Of a stretch of 63,560 nt of DNA, positions 44,795 to 52,571 are shown one piece after another. How positions within the stretch are numbered: the first letter of the stretch is position 1; every line of letters begins with the position of its first letter. Origin of the DNA: a virus; the IMG/VR virus record IMGVR_UViG_3300000217_000002, positions 1 to 63,560 of that record; one strand, given 5' to 3'. The position numbers and the translations under genes are program-made. Below the pieces are notes generated by a model. The model was not told the origin of the DNA. It saw only the letters and a program-made list of their open reading frames with translations, and made no database searches.

Positions 44795-44975
44795 CTGGCC
44801 AGCAAAATTTTAATTTGGGGCGGTGTGGTCTGGAGAAATAACACAAATGTAAATCCTCTAGCGCCAGCCTCCCCGGATCGAGAAATTTGCTGGCCAGAGA
44901 CCGGTTTTTCGCGCCGAATCGCCTGTCGTTACTACACAACACGTTGCTGGCCACACGGCCAGTTTAATGGCCAGA
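44795..44975. promoter_or_regulatory. Cluster of GGCCAG-containing repeats (candidate upstream activating sequences)
   Basis: GGCCAGCAA at 44797-44805; TTGCTGGCC at 44887-44895 and 44944-44952. CTGGCCAGCAAAATTT and AAATTTGCTGGCCAG form an inverted pair. Further GGCCAG copies are at 44958 and 44970. Confidence 0.4.
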
Positions 44976-45037
44976 AGTGAAGAAGCGCTCACTGGAAAAA
45001 CCCACAGGCCGTGTAATGTATTTTCGATTCGAATCAT

Positions 45038-45053
45038 TGGCACCCGGCTTGCA
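45038..45053 (+). promoter_or_regulatory. Sigma-54-type -24/-12 promoter candidate (TGGCACccggcTTGCA)
   Basis: The spacing is the exact TGGCAC-N5-TTGCA. It lies 36 nt upstream of the ATG at 45089 (AGGAG RBS at 45077-45081). The palindrome GATTCGAATC (45026-45035) abuts it. Confidence 0.45.
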
Positions 45054-45088
45054 AGGCATTTCCCAGTACAACCAATAGGAGTATATAA

Positions 45089-45313
45089 ATGGCTTTGTTC
45101 AATGAGTGGCCGGGAACCCTTTCACGGGAAGACGCTATCAAAATTTTCGATCGAGCAACCGATCGAGATGACCCGTTTTGGGAAAACATCGTGGAAGAGT
45201 TTCACGACGAAGATAGCGACACCGTCCCTTCGATTTTTCATGTCTTCGAAGCCCTAGGTGTCTCCCGGGACGAGTACAAAATTCTCAGTGGCATTGACGG
45301 AGGAACTTCATAA
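45089..45313 (+). CDS. Hypothetical acidic protein
   Basis: A 74-aa ORF with an AGGAG RBS. It is the first gene after the non-coding region. Confidence 0.5.
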   Translation: MALFNEWPGTLSREDAIKIFDRATDRDDPFWENIVEEFHDEDSDTVPSIFHVFEALGVSRDEYKILSGIDGGTS

Positions 45314-45588
45314 TGGCCGGTCGAGGACAGGTGACAAAACACATTCAGAGCATCATGGAAAACATGCACCAGCAATCCGAAATGGACGAGTTGGATGTCA
45401 GAAAACGGCTACGACTTTTGCCCTATGTATATGATCGCGCGATCAACTCGGCCAAGCTCGATCCCGCCCGGATTGATGCCCACGAACGGGCTATTTTCAA
45501 TTTGCCGTGGCCCTTGGCGTGGTGGTTGAAACGCAAGAACAAGAAACTCTGGGAGAAAGGACAACGAGCCCATGAGCCAACTTCCTGA
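45313..45588 (+). CDS. Hypothetical protein
   Basis: A 91-aa ORF with TAATG coupling. Confidence 0.5.
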   Translation: MAGRGQVTKHIQSIMENMHQQSEMDELDVRKRLRLLPYVYDRAINSAKLDPARIDAHERAIFNLPWPLAWWLKRKNKKLWEKGQRAHEPTS

Positions 45589-45928
45589 TATCATGTTCGT
45601 CGTTCCTGTCGCCGACGGGAAATACGAATTCGTGTTCAACGAGCGCACAGGCGTATGCGAGCGAATAAACCGGAAAGGTGTCGCTTGGATGAAAGGCTAC
45701 GAAGCCAAAAACTACGGTACGTGCGCAGCCCGAGAATTGGGTTATTTCCAACAAGGGGTTTCCCGGATCGAAGCTAGGATCAAGAGCCTTGAGGAAGACT
45801 ATGCAACCGCCTTAGCCAAGCAAGAGGGCCGTCGTCAAACCGGCAACGATATCGACACCCTCAACCGTATCTGGGCGGAGAAGGGGCATTACGAAGAAGC
45901 ACTGAAGATGCTGAGAGACGAGATATGA
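45572..45928 (+). CDS. Hypothetical protein
   Basis: A 118-aa ORF. Confidence 0.5.
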   Translation: MSQLPDIMFVVPVADGKYEFVFNERTGVCERINRKGVAWMKGYEAKNYGTCAARELGYFQQGVSRIEARIKSLEEDYATALAKQEGRRQTGNDIDTLNRIWAEKGHYEEALKMLRDEI

Positions 45929-46317
45929 ATATCGACCAAATCCCCGAGGCATTGAAAACACTGCATTCGGTCCGTGAAGGTTCCGGCGTCGTCGACGTGC
46001 TTATTCATTTGCTTTTGTTTGGAAAACCGGTGGAGGCGGAAGACAACATACCCGCGTACTCCACGTCGTTTGAAGTCGCCATGGACACTCTCGAACGCAA
46101 TCTACCAGCCAACAAGAATTACGGCAAAACGGAAACCGGCGAGGGTTGGAAGATCGGGTTCTATCGAACCCCATACGCGTTTGAAGGGCCTCGCTGGTGG
46201 CAGATCATGGTACGGGATCATGCGGAAGACGGCGTTAACCCGAGCCACCCCAGTCTACCCATTGGCATCATAATTGCTTTGCTTATGACTATTCAGAAAG
46301 CGGCGCAACCCTCGTAG
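45925..46317 (+). CDS. Hypothetical protein
   Basis: A 130-aa ORF with ATGA coupling. Confidence 0.5.
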   Translation: MNIDQIPEALKTLHSVREGSGVVDVLIHLLLFGKPVEAEDNIPAYSTSFEVAMDTLERNLPANKNYGKTETGEGWKIGFYRTPYAFEGPRWWQIMVRDHAEDGVNPSHPSLPIGIIIALLMTIQKAAQPS

Positions 46318-46326
46318 CTTTTTGTA

Positions 46327-46395
46327 GATCAAATGTGATTGTTTTTTGTTGTGAGAAGGCATTTTGCAATCACATTTGATCGCTTTTTTTTTTTT
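46327..46395 (+). terminator. Strong Rho-independent terminator
   Basis: A 15-bp stem (gatcaaatgtgattg / caatcacatttgatc) with a 25-nt loop is followed by gc and T12 (46384-46395). Confidence 0.75.
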
Positions 46396-46406
46396 GGAGA
46401 GAACAG

Positions 46407-46754
46407 ATGCGAGTATTAGTATGCGGCGGTAGACACTACCACAAGCCAAGAGAGCTGGCGAAAGCCCTCAAAGCGATGGACGCCGAAACCCCCTTCACCC
46501 TCTTGATACACGGCGGAGCCCCCGGCGCAGACAGCCTAGCCGGTATGTGGGCTGACAAGCAGCGCATAGTGGTTGCTGAGTACAAAGCCGATTGGGATCG
46601 ACTAGGTAAATCCGCCGGAATGATCCGCAACGCGATCATGTTGAGACACGGGAAACCGGACGTAGTTGTCGCGTTCCCCGGTGGTCGAGGTACGGCAAAT
46701 ATGGTGAACATATCCAAACGTGCAGGCGTGAAAGTCATAGAAATATCAGAATGA
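46407..46754 (+). CDS. DUF2493 / SLOG-family (YspA-like) protein
   Basis: MRVLVCGGRHY...LIHGGAPGADSLAGMWA...VVAFPGGRGTANMV is the typical DUF2493 pattern as I recall it. Confidence 0.6.
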   Translation: MRVLVCGGRHYHKPRELAKALKAMDAETPFTLLIHGGAPGADSLAGMWADKQRIVVAEYKADWDRLGKSAGMIRNAIMLRHGKPDVVVAFPGGRGTANMVNISKRAGVKVIEISE

Positions 46755-49448
46755 TAAATCGTTGTTTTCCTCAGTACAGAAACCATCTTGAAGTTCTACA
46801 TGATCCGGCATATCAGTGAAAGCTTCTGCTCGGTACCACACGGTAGCACGACCCTCTGGTAGATACTGACTCCGGATACGGGGTCCACGAACCCACCCTT
46901 CGACCTGCCCCATTGCTCTGGCGACATTGGCCACACCTTTATTATCCAGCTTATCAATCGAGAAACCCAATAAATCAGTCCAGATGGATTGTGTGGAGAC
47001 CACGTTGCGAACGACGTAGGTATCGTCCTCGTTATCGAGGTCGTCCGACATCCCCGTACGGCCCAGAGTGGTGCGGAGAACCGGCTTATCTACTGCCGTT
47101 TCGATGATGCCGCCCCAAGTGTGTTCTAAACCTTCCCGAACCCGCGCGCCTTGCTCTATTTCAGCGATAGCCTCGGCTTCTCGCGACAACATTAAAGGCA
47201 GAACCCCGGTGGGGTGTTCTTTGCGCATCTCTTGATATAGGACGTATGCTTCCGCCCATATCTGATCCATCTCGGAGTCCAGTTTTTCAGTGTCGATCGG
47301 ATCGTACTTGTTCTTGTAAACCTTGATCGGCCAGAACCGGCGGTTACCGGTTGTGTCGATCAGATACAACCCGTCATTTGTGGAGCCGATAAAGATACAT
47401 TGACGATAGAAGGTTTTTACAGTTCGAGCGTAAGCCATACGAACCTCTTCCTTCTCTCCGGATATGAAAGCTTTGACTGTGTTGGCGTCGGCTTTACCGA
47501 TACCTTTGAGTTCTGGCAGTTCGATGATCCAATTACCCTGCATGGATTCAACCATCTTCTGTTGATTACCAAAGTCGTCGTTCTTCAATTCTGCAAACCA
47601 TCTGTCCCGACCCATGATTTTAATCATAGTGGATTTCCGAGACCCTTGAGGTGATTCCAGAATAACGGCGGTATCGAACTTGTGCCCCGGTTCGAAAACA
47701 CGCGTGACAGCCCCAACCAACATCAGTTTAGCAGTTTCCCTAGTGTAAACATTTGCAGGCGTCCCCAAATAATCAGTAAACAGACTTTCTACACGGGGCA
47801 CACCATCCCATTTTTGTTGTTTCAGGTACCGTCGAACGGGATGGAAGCTGTTTTCACGAGCGACAATAGCCATAGCAGCCCCGGTGTCGGCCATCCCTAA
47901 CTTCACACCGTAGCCGGGACCCATTGGTTTGCCCGGACTGTCAATGAAAGCACGGACTAGGTTCATGTGATCGTCTTCGACCATATCCCCGTCTCGTTTG
48001 TTGATTAAGGGCAAAGCCGATAAGTGTTTTATCGGCTTTGCGATAGGTTTGACCAAGGTAACATTACAAGTCAGCTCATTGAACGCGAAGCAACCCCGGA
48101 ACCGAGAGTCGTTGCCGATGATAACTGAAGCATTGTAGATAGTGGGTTTGATCCCTTGCGGACCCACTTCTAGGTCTTTCATCCAGTCTCCCCGGTTCGC
48201 TCGTTGACCCAGAATGTCTCTTTCTGTCCCCGGAGGGATAATTTCGTGTATCCCCTCTCCCAGCATGTCGTCCATCTCGGCGTCGAGGTCGGATCGGACA
48301 TCCACGACACTGTCGTCGTCACCTAGATCGGAATGGAATGCCTCGGGGGAGACGAAATCCGCGATCAATTCACGCTGAACTTCGGCGTCATCCCCACACA
48401 TCTCTTCCATCGCCTTCCAAGAGGGCCGCTTACGCATAGGGACCGTGTCCAGATCGCGTACTCGGTCGTCCAGATGACGGAAACGGTTAAGACGAACCAG
48501 ATCGAAAGCGTTCACATTCATATCCGACGCCTCGTCAGTACCGTGGTGTGAATACAGGAACATACCGTCATCATACACAACAGCACCGTGTCCGCCGGAG
48601 CCTTCTGCCAAACGATAACGGGGCTCGGACCCAGACTCGTCCAAGTCGACATATACGTCGGGTAAAAACTCTTCGATGGCTTGGAAGATGTCGTAGGTTC
48701 GGCAAAAAGCTCCGACCAAACCTTTTTTACTCAAAGGCCACTCGGCCTTGTCAACCTGCTTGCGTTCTTCCTTCTCGCCCGGGCATGTCGGCCAAACTTT
48801 GAAATCACGCCAATCATCGTGACAGGATTCCAAGAAAGGGTAGGGGTCCAGTGCCTCACCCTCATTCCTGAAAGAGAAGAATTGGTCTTCGACATCGGAG
48901 GAACAAGATGGATTATACATCATCTGGGCAACGCGGAAGGACACCGGATCGACCGTCGTCATAGAGGGGTCGAACTTCTGTGCCATGAACTTGGCGAGCG
49001 GGCGGTAATCGTTTGCCGACACAGAGTTGGCCAAGAGAAACACAACTCGAAAACGTGGCTTTACAAAAGTATGTGAGCGGGAGGTGTGGACGAAGAACTC
49101 GTACTGAGAGATCGGAGATGTACCCTCTTGGAGTTCTTTGATTAGATCGCCGTCATATAGATCGCCATTATCAACATCGAAGCACAACACGTCGCGGGTG
49201 GATATGGATTTCTTGTTCCGCTTACCGTCCGCGCAGTGAGCCCCAATCCAGTAACCCGCGCAATTCTTCAGTTGGTTTTTCCAAGTGACTTTCCCTCGCT
49301 GGTATTCGACGAACTTTTCCGGAGTGACGGTGACTTCGCCAAGACGACGACACAGCTTGCGCCAAGTTACGGTACCATTGTCAACCAAGCCGCGGTTCTT
49401 CCCCCCTACGGCTATTCGGACTTTTTTTCGGTCATTTGTCTCTGTCAT
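46746..49448 (-). CDS. DNA primase/helicase: an AEP-type primase-polymerase N-terminus fused to a VirE/D5-like P-loop domain
   Basis: The N-terminus has CFDVDNGD and FVHTSRSHT...PRFRVVFLL (AEP-like). The C-terminal domain ...ILESPQGSRKSTMIKIMG...IELPELKG...FIGSTN...GNRRFWPI is VirE-like. 900 aa. Confidence 0.8.
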   Translation of the reverse strand: MTETNDRKKVRIAVGGKNRGLVDNGTVTWRKLCRRLGEVTVTPEKFVEYQRGKVTWKNQLKNCAGYWIGAHCADGKRNKKSISTRDVLCFDVDNGDLYDGDLIKELQEGTSPISQYEFFVHTSRSHTFVKPRFRVVFLLANSVSANDYRPLAKFMAQKFDPSMTTVDPVSFRVAQMMYNPSCSSDVEDQFFSFRNEGEALDPYPFLESCHDDWRDFKVWPTCPGEKEERKQVDKAEWPLSKKGLVGAFCRTYDIFQAIEEFLPDVYVDLDESGSEPRYRLAEGSGGHGAVVYDDGMFLYSHHGTDEASDMNVNAFDLVRLNRFRHLDDRVRDLDTVPMRKRPSWKAMEEMCGDDAEVQRELIADFVSPEAFHSDLGDDDSVVDVRSDLDAEMDDMLGEGIHEIIPPGTERDILGQRANRGDWMKDLEVGPQGIKPTIYNASVIIGNDSRFRGCFAFNELTCNVTLVKPIAKPIKHLSALPLINKRDGDMVEDDHMNLVRAFIDSPGKPMGPGYGVKLGMADTGAAMAIVARENSFHPVRRYLKQQKWDGVPRVESLFTDYLGTPANVYTRETAKLMLVGAVTRVFEPGHKFDTAVILESPQGSRKSTMIKIMGRDRWFAELKNDDFGNQQKMVESMQGNWIIELPELKGIGKADANTVKAFISGEKEEVRMAYARTVKTFYRQCIFIGSTNDGLYLIDTTGNRRFWPIKVYKNKYDPIDTEKLDSEMDQIWAEAYVLYQEMRKEHPTGVLPLMLSREAEAIAEIEQGARVREGLEHTWGGIIETAVDKPVLRTTLGRTGMSDDLDNEDDTYVVRNVVSTQSIWTDLLGFSIDKLDNKGVANVARAMGQVEGWVRGPRIRSQYLPEGRATVWYRAEAFTDMPDHVELQDGFCTEENNDLSF

Positions 49449-49559
49449 GTTTCGTCCGCATACTGATGGCGTCCGGGTCTACATAGGGCGACCCGATCAG
49501 GTGTTTTTATAAATCTGGAAAGTCCGAGAATGGCTCATGAGGGCAAAAAACGCAAGCCA

Positions 49560-49862
49560 CTATATGATGTAGTCGGCGAAATCCGAGATACTATATTGAG
49601 TTTCTTCGTCCAAATCCAAAATCGACTTCGCCCGTTTGTAGGTGATACGATCGCGGGAGACAATGTTGTATATACACTGAACCGTTACACCCAAACGATG
49701 GGCTAGAATGGCAACAGATACGACCCCGTCCTTCGGGGGGCATATATCCAACATGAGCTGCAACAACTCACTGTTTTTTGCGCGGGTCTTGGGGTGCAGC
49801 TTCTCGACCACATCCTCTCCGCCAAGCATTTCAGTGATATCATCGTCAAAGTCGTCAGACAT
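49560..49862 (-). CDS. Small DNA-binding (HTH) protein with an acidic N-terminal DDFDDDITEMLGG tag
   Basis: VSVAILAHRLGVTVQCIYNIVSRDRI is HTH-like. The ATG at 49862 has a GGAGA RBS 6 nt upstream. Confidence 0.5.
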   Translation of the reverse strand: MSDDFDDDITEMLGGEDVVEKLHPKTRAKNSELLQLMLDICPPKDGVVSVAILAHRLGVTVQCIYNIVSRDRITYKRAKSILDLDEETQYSISDFADYII

Positions 49863-49907
49863 GTTCATTCTCCGTAGTTTTCTCCTCGATAAAACATAAA
49901 CAGGCTG

Positions 49908-49936
49908 TTGACAACCCGAAAAAACGAATTTATGGC
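49908..49936 (+). promoter_or_regulatory. Sigma-70-like promoter candidate
   Basis: TTGACA, 17 nt, TATGGC, followed by the inverted repeat ATCGACagccccGTCGAT. It lies in the divergent spacer before 49986. Confidence 0.35.
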
Positions 49937-49985
49937 AGGGGACATCGACAGCCCCGTCGATAGCCCTCAACTCGAAGGAAAAATT

Positions 49986-50507
49986 ATGTCAATCGAAGCG
50001 AAACTAGACGCCCTCACTGCGGCTGTGGAGGCGAACACTGCCATCCATACCAAAGTGCTGGCGGCACTGAATAGCAATACAAAGGCGGCCAAACCGGCGG
50101 CTAAAACCGCGGCTGCGGCTCCAACGGAAACTGAAGAGACCACTCCGCCTGCGGAGGAAAAACCGAAACCGAAGCGTAAACCTCGGGCGAAGAAAACCAA
50201 AGAACCAACGCCGGATGAGTTGCGCAAGCAACTACTCCTCGACGTCGCCGCGTTCATGGGCACAGTCAAAGCCGAAGGTTCTGACGAAGACAAACTCCAT
50301 GTCAAAGAAGCCATGGGCAAAATGCTCCGGTTCGTTGACGCCCAAGACCCCAACACGAACAAGTACGTGATCCCTGCGATCCCGGATGACCGTGTGGCTG
50401 AAGCTGTGACGTATTTCAATGCGATCAAAGACGGCGACGAGCCAGACTACCCAACGGCTGAAGGCGATCCTGTCGCCAACAGTGAAGATGATGACATGAG
50501 CTTCTAG
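49986..50507 (+). CDS. Hypothetical protein with a Lys/Pro/Ala-rich linker and an SSB-tip-like C-terminus (DDDMSF)
   Basis: The ATG at 49986 is preceded by AAGGAA. It is the first gene of the replication operon. Confidence 0.5.
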   Translation: MSIEAKLDALTAAVEANTAIHTKVLAALNSNTKAAKPAAKTAAAAPTETEETTPPAEEKPKPKRKPRAKKTKEPTPDELRKQLLLDVAAFMGTVKAEGSDEDKLHVKEAMGKMLRFVDAQDPNTNKYVIPAIPDDRVAEAVTYFNAIKDGDEPDYPTAEGDPVANSEDDDMSF

Positions 50508-50510
50508 TCC

Positions 50511-51800
50511 ATGGCCGGTTCCCATTCACGTCTTAGCCCATCGGGTGCCCATCGGTATCTAAGATGTCACGCAGCCCCTTCCGCGGAGGAGGGGTTGCCG
50601 AACTGGGAGTCCATCTATGCCTTCGAGGGAACCTGCCTCCATGAGATTGCCGAACGGTGTCTCTTGGATGGCGGGGACCCCCATCGGTTTATCGGTGAAA
50701 AATTCATCAGCGATCCCGCGGAAGCGGAAGACGGCAAACCGTTCGAAGTGATTATTTCGGAAGACCACGCCGACTGCATGGTCGCCGATTTGGAGGTCGT
50801 TCGGGACCTGTTTAGACGAGACGGAGAAATCCACGTCGAAACTCGTGGCGATCTTACGTGGCCTCTTGGAGAAGGTGAAGCGGGTACTTCGGATATTGCT
50901 GGAGCCGTGCGCAAACCAAATGCCATCCACATCATGGACTGGAAGTTCGGAGCGGGCATCGTTGTTGAAGCCTTTCAGAACGAACAACTACAGCTCTATG
51001 CAATCGGGTCTATCCTCAAACACTGGCCGCAACTCATAGACTGGGAAGCCGGTAAGCCGGTTCCCAAGAAAAAATACGAACAATTCCCGATCCACATCCA
51101 CATTCTCCAACCACGCGCCAGCGGAGGAGGAGATCACTGGGAAACCAATCTGTACGACCTCTTCAAATGGGGCTACTGGGTGGAATACACCGTCTCGGAA
51201 TCGGTGTACGGGGACAACCCCGAATTCAACCCCGGAGCCAAGCAGTGTCAGTGGTGTCGTGCTCGGAAAGGCGATCCTCAAAACGGAATTGCTCCGTGTG
51301 CGGCATATATGAATATGAACTTGGAGATCGCCCAAACCCTACTGCCCGATCTAGGGGACTACGTGGAGATCGAAGTCCCGGCTCCACCTAAATCCACGGC
51401 GCATGGTATGCCCATCGACAAAGCCATTTGGATCATGGAGAACGCGCCCGTGTTCAAAAAATGGCTGGACGAAATCCATGAGCGTCTATACAAGGACCTC
51501 TCTGTCGGGCGACCCGTGCCCGGCAAAAAGCTGGTCGCAGGGCGGAAAGGCCCACGGAAATTCAAGGACGGCACGGAAGAGCTTGTCCTAGAGATACTGT
51601 CGAAATACAAGGTGGAAGACACCCATACTTTGGCAGTTAAATCCCCAACTCAGTTAGAGAAATCTCTCGGAGATGGGGTCTATGACTTGGTACTTGATCC
51701 ATTGGTAACTCAATCCGATGGTAAGGCCGTCATAGTCGACGAGGACAACCCGAAAGAAGCAATCGCTTCCGCGACGGACCTCCTCACACCACTGGACTAA
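50511..51800 (+). CDS. PD-(D/E)XK / Cas4-like exonuclease (DUF2800 family)
   Basis: The N-terminus is SRLSPSGAHRYLRCHAAPS...EGTCLHEIAE and the C-terminal Cys cluster is CQWCRARKG...APCAAY. It sits in the usual DUF2800-DUF2815-PolA gene order. Confidence 0.65.
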   Translation: MAGSHSRLSPSGAHRYLRCHAAPSAEEGLPNWESIYAFEGTCLHEIAERCLLDGGDPHRFIGEKFISDPAEAEDGKPFEVIISEDHADCMVADLEVVRDLFRRDGEIHVETRGDLTWPLGEGEAGTSDIAGAVRKPNAIHIMDWKFGAGIVVEAFQNEQLQLYAIGSILKHWPQLIDWEAGKPVPKKKYEQFPIHIHILQPRASGGGDHWETNLYDLFKWGYWVEYTVSESVYGDNPEFNPGAKQCQWCRARKGDPQNGIAPCAAYMNMNLEIAQTLLPDLGDYVEIEVPAPPKSTAHGMPIDKAIWIMENAPVFKKWLDEIHERLYKDLSVGRPVPGKKLVAGRKGPRKFKDGTEELVLEILSKYKVEDTHTLAVKSPTQLEKSLGDGVYDLVLDPLVTQSDGKAVIVDEDNPKEAIASATDLLTPLD

Positions 51801-51831
51801 GTAATAGGTAAAACGTAAAAGGAAATTTGAC

Positions 51832-52500
51832 ATGACCAATCCAGTAACTACCGACCAAGAACACGTTCTCAAAATCGCAGGCCGCCTGTCATATTGTGAC
51901 GCGTTCGAACCCCGGGTCTTCAAAAACAAAGACGGTACTCCCGGCAAAGCTCGATACAAAACCCAAATTCTGGTTCCCAAAGAGGCAGAGAAAGTGGGCG
52001 GAGTTTCAATGGGCGGACCGGAAGTTGTCGCTGCCATCAAGGCTGCGATGAAAGCCCTCAAATTGGAGAAGTTCCCACCACCGAGCAAAGTGTCTATCCC
52101 GCAGGGCAACACTTGTTTCAAGAACGGGGACGCCACTGACGAAGATGGCGAACCGGCAACGTGGGTTACGGAAGAATCGCCCAACCATTTCATCTTCACC
52201 TGTTCGGAATCGGACGCACCGACCACTTTGGATCGTCGCGCTCGACCTACCGAAAAGAAAGATGGACTGATCTATTCAGGCGCTTACGCGATTGTTATCG
52301 TAAAGCTCTGGATACAGAACAACGAATACGGGAAGAAGATCAACGCGAACTTCAAATCCGTACAATTCGTTGCTCACGGCGAACCTTTCGGCGAAGGTGG
52401 CGGAACAGATGGATCGGAATTCTTGTCGTCTCTGGACGATGATGATGACGACTCCGGTTTCGACGATCTTGGAGACGATGACGGCGATTTGGACTTCTAG
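51832..52500 (+). CDS. DUF2815 single-stranded-DNA-binding-like protein
   Basis: RLSYCDAFEPRVFKNKDG...KYKTQILVPK, with the acidic tail DDDGDLDF. Confidence 0.65.
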   Translation: MTNPVTTDQEHVLKIAGRLSYCDAFEPRVFKNKDGTPGKARYKTQILVPKEAEKVGGVSMGGPEVVAAIKAAMKALKLEKFPPPSKVSIPQGNTCFKNGDATDEDGEPATWVTEESPNHFIFTCSESDAPTTLDRRARPTEKKDGLIYSGAYAIVIVKLWIQNNEYGKKINANFKSVQFVAHGEPFGEGGGTDGSEFLSSLDDDDDDSGFDDLGDDDGDLDF

Positions 52501-52571
52501 TCCGAACCCTGATTTAAGGCACCCCCGGCTGAAGTCGGGGGTGTTCCCCTCCCCCAGCCCCAGAGAGAAAC

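Noticed and set aside
43984-45088. tRNA, tmRNA or protein genes in the ORF-poor region (track ORFs 43934-44230, 44202-44387, 44441-44716, 44630-44980)
   Set aside because: I saw no cloverleaf-compatible acceptor or T-arm (GGTTCGAATCC-type) sequences. The ORFs lack RBSs and have Cys/Arg/His-rich, improbable compositions. No tRNA-finding program was run, so this is a by-eye rejection.
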